Of a DNA stretch of 45,174 nucleotides, positions 1 through 11,515 are shown piece by piece (position 1 is the first letter of the stretch; each line of letters opens with the position of its first letter). The notes beneath the pieces were generated by a model. It was not told the origin of the DNA, did not search any database, and saw only the letters and a list, made by a program, of their open reading frames with translations. The stretch comes from Tubiluchus corallicola. Lineage: Eukaryota; Animalia; Priapulida. The position numbers and the translations under genes are program-made. Location: positions 1-45,174 of the forward strand of contig JAQGDQ010001351.1 in NCBI GenBank assembly GCA_030141605.1, written 5' to 3'.

Positions 1-1079
1 TCATTCTTCTTTTTATTTACATACAAAACATAAGTTGTGCAGAACAAGCACACAAACTAGAACCAGCTAGGTAAAATATACACATTGACAGCGAATAGTG
101 CAACGTTAACAGAATGTATGCACAACATTTTACAGCCAGGTAAAGCAGTCGCCATTTCAGATATCATAGAACAGGTGTAGCCAATATTTGCTATTTACAC
201 AAGCATACAGAATACACATACAGCACATGATTCAATAGCAAATACAGTGCAGCAGCTCAGAGATTGGTATGTTTACCAGTAAAAGTGGGGATTTCTGATA
301 AAGGCATAATACACATATAATGCTATGTATATAAAAATATATATATATCATTTATTTGTACTCGTGATAGAATCACATCACATAAACAATCAGATCAACA
401 AGCAAAATGATATTAATTAACAAGATTAGTAAGCAATGTGAATATATACAATTAAGTGAGAGTAAGATATGTTAGCATGGCGGTCATTCCTGTCAAAAAA
501 ATCAAAATAATTACATTCTAGAGCCCATTTAACTTCTTTAATGAAATTTACAGTCCATAGTTGTTCATCATTAACATTACTTCTTACATCTAATGTGCAG
601 GAAAAAACTTTAAAAAGAAAATTTTCGTTTGTGCAAAAAGTTTTGTACTCGTTATAAATAGATAACAAACTATAACCCGTTACAGAAGAGGCATGAAATC
701 GAGAATTATGTGCAAAGAAATTGGCTATATGATTTTCACTATATAAACAAAAACAATTCCGAATAATGGAAACACCAGAGCAAGCAGATATTCTACAAAA
801 ACATATTTTTATTTAGTAATGCAAACTTTCGAAAATATTTTACATTCTAAACTTCAGGCAATACCTATACAAATACAATACAAAACTTTCCATAGTGTAA
901 ATTAATCAAAAATTTACATTATTAAAATATGTTTTTCATTATTCAAAGTCTCTAGGAAACCCAAGCCTTCTGAGAAGTTACGTTTATTTCAATGTTTGTG
1001 AAGGATTTAATAATAAAAGTGGAATAAGTGCTTCGTGTAATTAGTAAAATCATTTTAAAATTGCGAACATCTCACATTT

Positions 1080-1242
1080 GTGCACCTCCATTTTGAATGC
1101 GCCGCCCATTTTTCGACTAACGATGTCGTTCATTTGCCGAAGAAAAGTAGCACACCGTCAATTTTCGTCACAAGTATAATAAGTTTTTCACAAAAAAGAG
1201 ACAGCTGATTTTGTAATATTTTTGCGTGAACATTAGGTAAGC
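1080..1242 (+). promoter_or_regulatory. CpG-richer promoter-like patch and possible first non-coding exon
   Basis: Local CpG enrichment (GCGCCGCCCATTTT, CGACTAACGATGTCG) in AT-rich DNA, ending in a good donor TTAG|GTAAGC at 1236/1237. It could be the 5'UTR exon of the ZNF gene whose acceptor is at 11429 (inference). Confidence 0.3.
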
Positions 1243-1628
1243 TGCAGAAGTTTAAATTAGTTTAAGCATCGCGTGCTCACGGAAAACCACGACGCGCTTA
1301 CGAAAAGTCACAAAGTCTCCCAGTTATGTCATGATTTTCACGTGAATGTCGGACTACCATTGTGACTGAATATTTCTATACAGTGAGAATATAAACAGTA
1401 TTGCCTATACTTTACAGTTTTAGTAACTGTATGTCTTACAGACAGTTTTGTGCAAATTTTATTTAACAATGCTAATATAACAATTGTTCAGTAAAATAAA
1501 TCTCACACACTCAGTTACACTTCCTTTTCTTTAGCTCAGCAGGCAGAGATGTCACACATCCAGGGTTTAGTACGTTTAGCGAACTTTCCGCAATTTTGTA
1601 AAGTGAGAAATAATTTAGAATCTTTGCT

Positions 1629-2524
1629 AATAAGCCTTTTCATAGCTTTTTTGTTGTGCACACTGCACAAGCACGGTTGCTGTAGGTCAAAGGTTAAGCA
1701 TAATAAAGCAAAGCACCGTATATACAAGCGTCACTTGACGTGTGTAAAGCAAAGCTGTCTGCCACATCATTTTTTTGCATGGGCCTTATACTCAGTTATA
1801 CAGTCTGTGTGTAGAGTAACTTACTAGCAGGATCTTGCTTGGGAATAAGAAAGAATGAACTAAGTAACGTATTAGCTAGGTGTTGAAACTGTTACTACAG
1901 TGGCCGCCGCTTATTGTGGACACCTCGGGCCAGCAGTGTATGTCCATATTAAGCGGCTGTCCATATTAAGCGAAGTGACCCATGAAGACCCTTCCCCTTC
2001 ATTAAAAAAGGCAAAAAACTGTCTGTATCAACTCGTCTCCTGTTTTATTGAAAAAAAGAAGTCAGACGAGTTTGTTTGGCAGGAAACTTTTCTCTCAACC
2101 TTGAACGGAAGGAAGTTATCACAGTTTCGAAGCTCTCAAGGCCACGGCAAACGGCGAACTGACTGATGCAATGACTCACACAGGCAGCAGAGCGGGAAGC
2201 TCTTTTCAATCACGCGCGCAGGCCGTGGTTGGCACGGCTGGTTCACGTTATATGACCTTACGTTATAGGTTCGCTGTCCATATTAAGCGGCGGTTGTCCA
2301 TATTAACCGGCAGATTTTATTAGGGGAAAATTCCGTCCCTCGCGAGTTGTCCACAATAACCGGCTGTCCACAATAACCGTGTCCATAATAAGCGGCGGCC
2401 ACTGTATTACAAAAGCATGGGCCGCAAGGCATTGTCAAGTGTACACAAATGTGCTGTCTGGTTCTCTTAACCTTTGACTTTTCCACGATCATCTTCAATC
2501 GCTGGAACTGTGAAAAGGCTTATT
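1629..2524. mobile_element. Non-autonomous DNA transposon with long imperfect terminal inverted repeats; hosts a nested MITE
   Basis: Left end AATAAGCCTTTTCA (1629) is the reverse complement of right end TGAAAAGGCTTATT (to 2524). The arms also share GTCAAAGGTTAAG and CACTTGAC in inverted orientation. Another copy of one arm lies at about 15185-15317. Confidence 0.6.
1898..2404. mobile_element. Tc1/mariner (pogo/Tigger-like) MITE, 507 bp
   Basis: TIR CAGTGGCCGCCGCTTATTGTGGACAC / GTGTCCATAATAAGCGGCGGCCACTG, TA on both flanks (1896-97, 2405-06), and repeated subterminal TGTCCAYAWTAA motifs. Confidence 0.9.
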
Positions 2525-5500
2525 GTTAGAGGAAAAGGGAAAATAAGAAACCTAGTGATTTGCTGACTGTAATCAAAAGTTTTCGTGCATCTTCAGTCTC
2601 ACATAATCTTACAGTAGGATTGTGACATCCCACGGCACCCGTTGACGCATTTCCCATTGTCAAGGATATTTTGTTATACTTTCTAATTGCTGGCTGCTAG
2701 TTTCACTTATATATACATAATTTCATTAACATCATTATTATAAATCTATAAAAAAAATTATTTTCAATTTTTATATTCACAAAACAATAACACACATAAC
2801 CCGGCAATTTTAACTGACACAGTTACAGTGCATTGCGAAAGTCTAGTAGTTGGGTCCCCACTATCGATCAATACTCATATATACAACTACTACTATTCTA
2901 CTAGCTTAACATAAAGAGAGAGGTTACGTTAAATGCAACATGCAAACTTGAGAGCATAGTTTATTTGTGAATTTGATGCATGCTGGAGTAATCGCCGAAA
3001 ATTAATGCAAAAACGTTTCCAATGACAGTTTCCAACTTCCTTAGAATATTGGAAGAGATAATCAAGGAAATCAAGTATATGTAAAATTGATATAAACCGT
3101 TTGTGCAATCTAGCAAGTTCAGAAGACTGTTAACTTTATTTCAGCGGAATGGAAGAAGACAGCAAGTTGTATTTAGTGATGTCTGAAAGCCGTACGCCTG
3201 GACTTTATAAGAAAATAAAACAAAATTTAACGACAAAGGCTCAAATTTGCTTCTAGCCAACAGCATATTAAAATCGCCATTAAAACATGTGCATAACTGA
3301 CGCTTACCCAAAAATAATCCACGAATTCCTTCATTTTGGTATTATATAATGTAGGATTTTAATTTATTAAGCAACAGCCTACTCATTACACAACAAATTC
3401 ATTGAAATTCTAGTGGCTCTTCTACAGTAGCTCTTCGCCACAAAATACCATAGAGCAAATGCGAAGAAGTTGAAACTTGAACATCGAAACTTATTAAAAG
3501 AAAGCGCTTTTTTCTACGACTTAAACGGTATAGGTTGAGTCGAGGATTCCAACGACAAACTGTTTCGAGTAAGTCAAAGAACTGCAATCCTAAAAGAACC
3601 TATAAAGGCGGTAAGACAATAATTTATAGGAATGAATGAGACAAAGATTCAAAATATTATTTTGAAAGGACTTGTTTTAAAATACAATGAAGTGTATGCT
3701 TAACCTATAATTGGTTATCATGATGGTCAATGTTTTTAAACAGGCAAAATAAAGTGCTACTGCTGCTACTACTGCTGCTATTATTACTAGTATTAACTTA
3801 GATTTCTTTGTGACAGGTCAATTGCAACTGTAACTTCGATAAAGTTACTTTATAGCTTGCATTAATTTGTAATTCCATATTGCAATATTTGAGAGCTTAA
3901 ATAAATTTTGATTCGAAATACATAAACATGAAAAGGTTTACTTAGTCGTGCATTAAGGATTTTATTCCACATTTCTTTAAAGTTACCTTGATCCTCTTGT
4001 GAGATAGAAAGTTCTAATTTCACTGTTGCAGCACAGTTGTCATATTCTTTACGATTTCGAATCCACAACTTTATTAAGAAAATTGCACAACTGTCAATCA
4101 CAGCCGATCTTATTTTCAAGTAAATTATTTTGTCCTCTTTCTGTCGAGCACTATACAGTGGTAAGTAAAAGGTGAGCGTGGGAATACAGTGGCTTAGGAA
4201 CTCCTGCCATTCTCACGCAATTTTATTCTGAGCAGAAAAATGAGAGCGGTTCTTTCTCCACCAGAAAATGTCCAGCGACCTGACATGTACTCTTGTAAGC
4301 AACGGAAAAGAGTCCAATATCTAATGGAGCAGAGCTCTGGACTCAGAGGAAGAAAGAGTATTTTGCAAATCCTGCAGCCGAGACCCAAACAGCTTCATCA
4401 CAAGATGGATGATATTTGCCTTATCATGAACGACTGCCAACTTAAAAACATTTGATTAAGACCCATCCAGACTCTCAGGATCAAACTCGTAGCACCAGAG
4501 CCAGAAAACAGCATGCAGAACATTGCAGACCAACCTCCAAGTTAGTTTTACTCGTGGGTAATGAAGGTTTAATTCCCACCAGACGAAGCATTTGACAAAA
4601 TTCCTAAGAAGAAATTGGGGGAGCCAGATTTTACTGTCAAACAATTTAATGTTGCCTTCTATAAATATTTGTTTCTGTATTTTTACAAATATGCATTTCT
4701 TTAGTGTGTGAAACAAAGCCAGTTTCAGTTGTGTGACCTAAGTTTTAGTCATGTGACCTAAGTATACGCTACCTATCAGTCACACTTGTTTTTTACACAT
4801 AGTTAGATTTTCTGTTGCCGCAATGCTGATCATGCCTTTATAAATAGCTGAATCACCTTGTTCAGCTTGTCATAATTTAACAGTCATTAGTTGTATTGTC
4901 AAGCTAATGTTGTCACCAGTAAACATTGCACCTTAACAGAATTTGAAATTTGCAGAAAATTATATGAATTCACGAAGCTCCCTTTTGGTTGCTTAAATGC
5001 TGCACCAATTTTGATCTCATTTATTGGCCCATTGCAAACATATACCAAAAGCCAGTATATGCCAAGTCATCGACAAGTACTGCATGTACTCTTTTGCATT
5101 TCCTTGTTCCGACATGTCTGCAGATATTGTCGCAAGACATCTATTTGAACTTTTCTCGGTGTTTGTTGCTCCCGGATCTATACACAGCAAAAGAGGAGCA
5201 CAATTTTAGAGTAAAGCCTTACATCAATTTTCAATTTGTAATGGGGTGATGAAATCACTTACAATGCCTAACCATCTGGAAGGAAATTCTCAATGAGATG
5301 GAACAATATATTCAGGAATAAACCGATTTCCACAGCAGGTAATAGTTAACTGAATTCAGTTAAAATGTCTTTATCAAAATAGTAATTCTGACGGTATGCA
5401 CTAATTATAAACAACTGGCTGAATTTTGCCACATTAATTAGCACACATAGTTATTGCATAAATTTTTAGGTCTTGAGATGATGACATTATTATTTTACTC

Positions 5501-6143
5501 AATGTGCATGTACATACCATTGTTGTAAAGTTGTTCCTAGTAATTTCCTATGTGTGTATTTCAAATCTACCATTCACAGACTGATATGTTCTGATCAATA
5601 CAATTTTATCCAAATTTTTTTGTTTTGTTATCAAGGTTAATTTACTTATACTCAACAGAAGCTATTTTGCAATGCCAAAATTCATAACTTAAATATTTTT
5701 TAATCTCACAATCAATCTCATAATTGGACAAGCCTATTCGCATTTAGTCCTATCTAATCCTTGCATACCTCTTGTCAGTTTTTATAGTTAAAGTAATTTT
5801 ATGCATTACAAGGAATATATTTTTTGTGATTTTCAGTCTTTATATTTATAAATATAACTAATCTCATGACCTATTATTTTTGGATGAATCAGTTATTTAC
5901 ATATTATTTTCACTAATTTCTTAGACGCGTACTTCGATTTATTACCATGTTTACCAAGTATCATAAACATACATTTTTTGACTCTGAATGCATTAAAAAT
6001 TTTTCTAGAAGGCTTTTTATATTCTTCAAGTAGTTCGTAGAAAAGGCTCAACTGTGTTTATTTAGATTCTATGAATATGTTGCTAATAAGATACAAAGAT
6101 TTCTTGTTTTGCTTGTTTGTATTTGTAATCTACTAACTATTTA

Positions 6144-6319
6144 CTATTAGCTATTTATCGGAAGTGGTGCTGACAAGCCACTGGCGTAGCAGTGTCTAGT
6201 TTTTTGTGGGATTACTGCTGCGTTTACCTGTCTGAAGGTAGATTTCTTTTATTTTAGAATTCTGCCTGCCCAATGTCTACAATAGACGTGACGGACGTAT
6301 GAATATGATGATGATGTTG
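6144..6319 (+). mobile_element. Short RTE-related retroposon (SINE-like) with 3' stem-loop and (ATG)n tail
   Basis: Flanked by ACTAACTATTTA direct repeats (6132-6143, 6320-6331). Has a GTCTA-CAA-TAGAC hairpin and ATGATGATG tail. A closely similar inverted copy is at 20949-21088 and a 3' fragment at about 10086-10135. Confidence 0.75.
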
Positions 6320-6331
6320 ACTAACTATTTA

Positions 6332-7907
6332 TAGTATAGTTTCATTTACTAAAGAAGAAGTAAAGCATGCGCAAAATCATTGAAAAACAACAAAAGCCCT
6401 GGCGCTGATGAATTAAATGCTGAGTTAGTCAAGTATAGATCAGAAAATTTATCTGCAGAAATTGCTGAAATTCTAAAAAATATTTCCAAAACAGGCACAT
6501 TTCCACAGGATATTCAAAAAGGAATACTTATCCCTTTACCCAAGCCAGGTAAGAAACGAGGTCCTATAGAAAATCTTAGACCATTGATGTTGCTTACACT
6601 AATAAGGAAGATTTTGGCTATCTGTATGTTGACTAGGATCTATGACAGGTTACACACTTACATTCCAACAAGCCAAGCAGCATATCAGCCAGGACGGAAT
6701 ACTACTGAATTAGTACAAGCCTGTAAATTACTAGCCGAAAAAGCCATCTCTTCTGTTGATTACTCAATATATATTCTCATGATCGATATGTCAAAGGCCT
6801 TTGATTGCATTCGGAGAAAAACTCTGCTTTGCTGTCTGGAAGAAATCCTTGAAATTGATGAAATATACATCATAAGTATAATGTTAGAAAATCTATTATT
6901 TCAAGTCAGGTGTGAAGGGAAATTGAGTCAGCCATTTTCTACAAACAAAGGAGTACCTCAGGGTGACTGTCTAAGCCCTGTACTTTTTACTTTATATCTT
7001 GCCATAGCTCTCACCGAGGACAAAGTTATACCATTGAAAGACCTAGAAGATCACAACTACACAATTCTTGATCCTGAATTAATCCCGAATGAAGTAAGAC
7101 AAGAACACAGTTACAGCTCTCTACAAAATAAGTCACTACTATATCTATGCAGTGTGCTGATGATGTGGCATGGATTACAAGAAACAAAGAAGAAGCAGTT
7201 GAAATAAAAAAATCAATAGAGGAGAAACTGAACAGAATGGATCTCGTTGTAAAAAAAAATAAAACTGAATAGTTTCACATAACACGCCATGGTGATGAAT
7301 CATGGCAAAGATGCAAATATCTCGGTAGTCTGCTGGCTACAGAGGACGACATATCAAGACGGAAGATAATGGCATTATCAGCTTACTCAAAACTCACAAA
7401 AGTTTTTGAGAATAGGAAGATTTCTTTGGAAACAAAATTTAGAATATTCTCTGCCTTAGTTGAAACTGTATTTCTGTATAACTCTAAGCTCTGGACATTA
7501 AAAGCAAATCATAAAGCTGAAATTGATGCATTTCAAAGGCGAAATTACAGAAACATTTTGGGTATTAGATGGCCAAAGAAAATTTCAAACAAAGATCTAT
7601 ATGAAAAAATAAAAGAAGAACCTTGGACAAGAAAAATAAAAAGACGCCGTTTAAGATGGATTGGGCATATGCTTAGACTACCTGATGATGTTCCAGTGAA
7701 GACAGCTCTTCAACAAGCCATAGAACCAGCTAAAAAACCTGCAGGAGGACAAATGTTAACATATCTAGATTTTGCACAGAAAGATTTAAACAGTTCAGCA
7801 TTGATCCTTAGAAATAAATGCACTTGGGGCATTGCAGCGTGTAGGGAGTCCTGGCATAGGGAGGTGAGCAGAATCATGTCACTGGACGTATGATTCATTG
7901 GATGATG
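6332..7907 (+). mobile_element. 5'-truncated, inactivated RTE-clade non-LTR retrotransposon (reverse transcriptase)
   Basis: RT motifs KSPGAD, LRPLMLL, IDMSKAFD, GVPQGDCLSPVLF. A frameshift near 7140 leads to QCADD (degenerate YADD), then an in-frame TAG near 7270 and KYLGS. RTE-type C-terminus (RRLRWIGHMLR), GATGATG tail, and TSD GACTAACTATT (6319-6329 / 7908-7918). Confidence 0.92.
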
Positions 7908-7918
7908 GACTAACTATT

Positions 7919-8290
7919 CAACTTTACAACATCGTACTAACAACGAACTAAAAAAGATTGATGACTGGATGAAAGCAAATAAATTAGCTGTTAATTACAC
8001 TAAAACTAAGTATATGTTAATCAGTAGGAACCTTTCACAACAAGACTCTTCCACTTTCGAACTCAAAATTGGTGACATAACTCTAACACAAAGTAGTAAT
8101 ATAAAATACCTTGGGTTGCATATTGACAACAATATGAAGTGGTCTACCCACATTTCCTCTACAGCAACAAAATTAAACAAAATAGCTGGTATTTTTGCAA
8201 AGTTAAGACATTTTATTAATTTGCTTGTTTTAAAAATGATCTACCATGCATTAGTCTATCCGTACCTCCAATACTGTGTGTTGTCATGGT
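7919..8290 (+). mobile_element. CR1/L2(Crack)-group LINE reverse transcriptase fragment
   Basis: Translates as NNELKKIDDWMKANKLAVNYTKTKYM...IKYLGLHIDNNMKWSTHI...IYHALVYPYLQYCVLSW, the typical post-YADD region of CR1/L2-group RTs. Confidence 0.85.
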
Positions 8291-8789
8291 GGCAAATACA
8301 TAATACATGGTGCATATACATAATAGTTGATTAACATAGTGTTCCTCTATGTACAATAAAATATATTTCGCATTATGATACCAATCAACATTAAATCAGA
8401 AATGAAAAAAATGTCATAAAAATAATCTTAGAATGTTACTTTTTTATTTAAAAAACCTTTTTCGAGTTTACACTTAAATGCAATAAACTTAGCAAAAGAT
8501 TTAGAAATGTTCAGAAATGAGTTACTGACGACTGAAATAATTCAGAAGAGACGACTGTTTCATTGATGATACACGCAAGCAGTCAACACGACGTTTAATC
8601 AAACACAATCCTTGAATATCATCGCCTGTGACTCTGTCAGACTGTTCAAAGTATCCTAATCTAATCCTGGTGAGACACACACTAGATAAATTATGTCTGT
8701 CTATCGAGTACAGCAGCATTGTCTACATACCGCGGTTATATTGATCGACACGCGGTATATGTATTGATCGATTCACCTCTGAGTTTGTC

Positions 8790-8963
8790 TGTTTTGGCGA
8801 CATAACGAATATAGTTTACATAAGCACTCATCCTAGCATGACGTGGCGAGGGTGGCGACTTAACGAGGTAAATATCAAAGCAGGAAATCCGTCCTGGTAC
8901 TTTCTATGGCGAGAGACGAGTTTGGCGGCATAACGAGAGGCGAGATAACGAGGCTAGACTGTA
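8790..8963. mobile_element. Right end of a Tc1/pogo-like MITE (left end not found)
   Basis: Ends GCGAGATAACGAGGCTAGACTG-TA, with repeated subterminal GGCGRSWTAACGA motifs. Confidence 0.55.
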
Positions 8964-9478
8964 TTCATTCATCGCAGCCTATATCTGTATCTGTTTCCAC
9001 GTGGAAAATAAGCCCTTGAATGCTCTTAGCTTATAACCAGCAAATACCAGTGATACAAAAAAAATTTAATGTATTATTGTAGCAGTAATCTTGCTAATGA
9101 ATCACTTATATTCTTATAATTTGCCCCCCCTCCCCATAGCCCATCTTTAATGGTTATGATGGCTACATTACTACCATCAATTGTATTTAAATGTTTTATA
9201 CAATTATAGTTATTACTACAAGTATAATGTATAATTTAATCTCCTCTCCCCCACTTAAATTTGGGTACATATATGTGTATATGTATATCATTGTATATAC
9301 AAGTAAGCTTATGGTGCATTGTAATACAAGTAAGTGGTGCATTGACAGATAATCACATAATTCATATTCGTAACTATTTTAAAAAAAAATTTCACTCTTT
9401 AAGGCTCACTCAAAGTCGTAATTACATATTATGTTTTCCTTTCTCAACTTTCCGGTTTATTACTCTTATACCATTGCT

Positions 9479-10024
9479 ATTATTACATCATTTACTTCAT
9501 CCTTATTTACATTAAGTTATCTACAGCAGCATGCATAACTATAATCGTTTTTTCATTTAAGTAAGGTGAGTGTGTTAATGACCGTATGGTCGTACACTCA
9601 CCTCGCACTACTCAAATTATTACATCATTTACTTCATCCTTATTTACATTAAGTTATCTACAGAAGCATGCATAACTATAATCGTTTTTTCATTTAAGTA
9701 AGGTGAGTGTGTTAATGACCGTATGGTCGTACACTCACCTCGCACTACTCAAATTATTACATCATTTACTTCATCCTTATTTACATTAAGTTATCTACAG
9801 AAGCATGCATAACTATAATCGTTTTTTCATTTAAGTAAGGTGAGTGTGTTAATGACCGTATGGTCGTACACTCACCTCGCACTACTCAAATTATTACATC
9901 ATTTACTTCATCCTTATTTACATTAAGTTATCTACAGAAGCATGCATAACTATAATCATTTAAGTAAGGTGAGCGTGTTAATGACCGTATGGTCGTACAC
10001 TCACCTCGCACTACTCAAATTATT
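9479..10024 (+). repeat. Four tandem copies of a 137-bp unit containing a strong hairpin, probably an amplified L2-type LINE 3'UTR
   Basis: Units start at 9479, 9616, 9753 and 9890. Each has AGGTGAGTGT...GACC-GTAT-GGTC...ACACTCACCT. AATAAA follows the array at about 10072. Confidence 0.9.
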
Positions 10025-10864
10025 TTATTTAAAGTTTATTAATGTGTTTGATATTGTATTTTTGATGTGTGAAATAAAATTCATAGTTCTGCCTGCCCAA
10101 TTTCTACAATAAATGTGAAGGGCAGATGATAATGATAAATAATTATCGTAAGGTTATAAACTCAATAGCTACCCAAAAACGGTCGAAATTATATCTTACA
10201 ATGCAATACAATGGAATTTTTTTCAAACTTCTTGTAACGGGTCTCCGTGTCAAAAAGGTTTATTCATTTCAGTGCATATCAGAGAGTAGGCTTGCATTTA
10301 TTTTTAAAAACACGCCTTTGGTCTGTTAGATACCAATATTAAATAAAAGAAATTCATTGCATTAGTAACTTGTCACTTTTTAAAATTTGTGTGGCAAGAC
10401 AGAGCAAGAAACTTAACTAGACAAAGTGGCAAAGATGTTACACATGTTGCAGTAATTTGTGAATTCCTTGTATCTGTAACTAGAGATACAAACAAGCTTT
10501 GTTGGAGCTTTGCTTCTTGTGTGTATTATAATGCTCTTTTAACTTTATTGAATTGTCCTGAAAGGGCCAGTTCGACAGATTTGATCAAATGGGGCCTGCG
10601 AACATGCTTGAGCAGAGGACGCTACGATGAATTAATGAGTGTCCAGAGTGCGTAAAGTTTCTCGGTACTGTGAAGGCAATGGAACCATTCAGTCTGACCT
10701 CATATGTCTCAATGTTTCAATGTTTTTTGCACATCACTTGTTTATTTGTTTTACAATTTCAGTTTGTCGTCGCCATTTACCAATAAAATATATTGTTATT
10801 ACCTTTAAGAAAGGTAATTGACGAGCCCTATATCTGCTTTAGTTAGATGGTCATTCAATGTTAA

Positions 10865-11325
10865 TGTAGAGGGTGCTGCTTCAGAAAATGTTTAGCCATT
10901 GTTTTAATATTGTGTAAAATGAAACAAACATTATGCAATTTTATTGTTTTAATTTGCAATTGTATTTTTAAACAAACAGACATACGAAAGTTTTATACAT
11001 AAACTTGATGAAATCCTAAACAAAAAATTTTTTTGCTCGCTAATAGCCTAAATTGTGGCAGTTCACGCTTGATTTATTCACGGTAAGCATATGACAACTG
11101 ACAACAAACTGTGTGGATGACAGTACTTTCTCTGCCTGGGCGCAGACGTGTGCACATGGCCGCGTGTGCACTGTGCTGAGCTGTGACGTAAACAGTACTA
11201 CCCTCACGTGCTCTGGTTCTTTACAAGTATGAAGAAAGAACGAAAGAAAAAAGACTTATTATATTGAATATTATCGATAATACTGAACGAAAACAGGGGG
11301 TGCTGCAGTACCTATACACGATCTC
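10865..11325 (-). mobile_element. Dispersed ~450-bp repeat (likely non-autonomous DNA transposon), copy 1
   Basis: Reverse complement aligns by eye with about 20900-21540 (e.g. GGGTGCTGCTTCAGAA, TGACAACTGACAAC, AAACAGTACT). GCAGCACCC(C) motifs lie near both ends. Confidence 0.7.
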
Positions 11326-11515
11326 CCACTGGTACTGATATTGTATACATATGTGCAGAACATCTGAATATGTTTGAATGTTTTTGAATGTTTATTTTAT
11401 ATGCAATAATGTTCCTTTTTATTTTTCAGAACATCCGTTTCCCAACAATGCTTTCAAGATAAACATTTGGTGTAACTTGAAATACTGTTTACAAAAATGA
11501 GCGATATTTAGAAGC

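Noticed and set aside
426-960. Minus-strand ORF with faint resemblance to an L2-type RT C-terminus
   Set aside because: Too degenerate to support by eye; it needs an HMM search.
2795-2850. Helitron 3' end (CCCGGCAA...CTAGT)
   Set aside because: The second arm of the subterminal hairpin is absent.
6380-8334. One continuous RT gene or an active element
   Set aside because: These are two LINE clades (RTE and CR1/L2 group) separated by a TSD; the RTE lacks its endonuclease and has a frameshift, a stop and YADD changed to CADD.
8724-8763. Palindrome TACATACCGCG...CGCGGTATATGTA as a terminator or ncRNA
   Set aside because: It lies beside a MITE remnant and is more simply an internal palindrome of that element.
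9479-10024. Hammerhead ribozyme or retrozyme-type satellite
   Set aside because: No CUGANGA...GAAA core is visible on either strand of the 137-bp unit.
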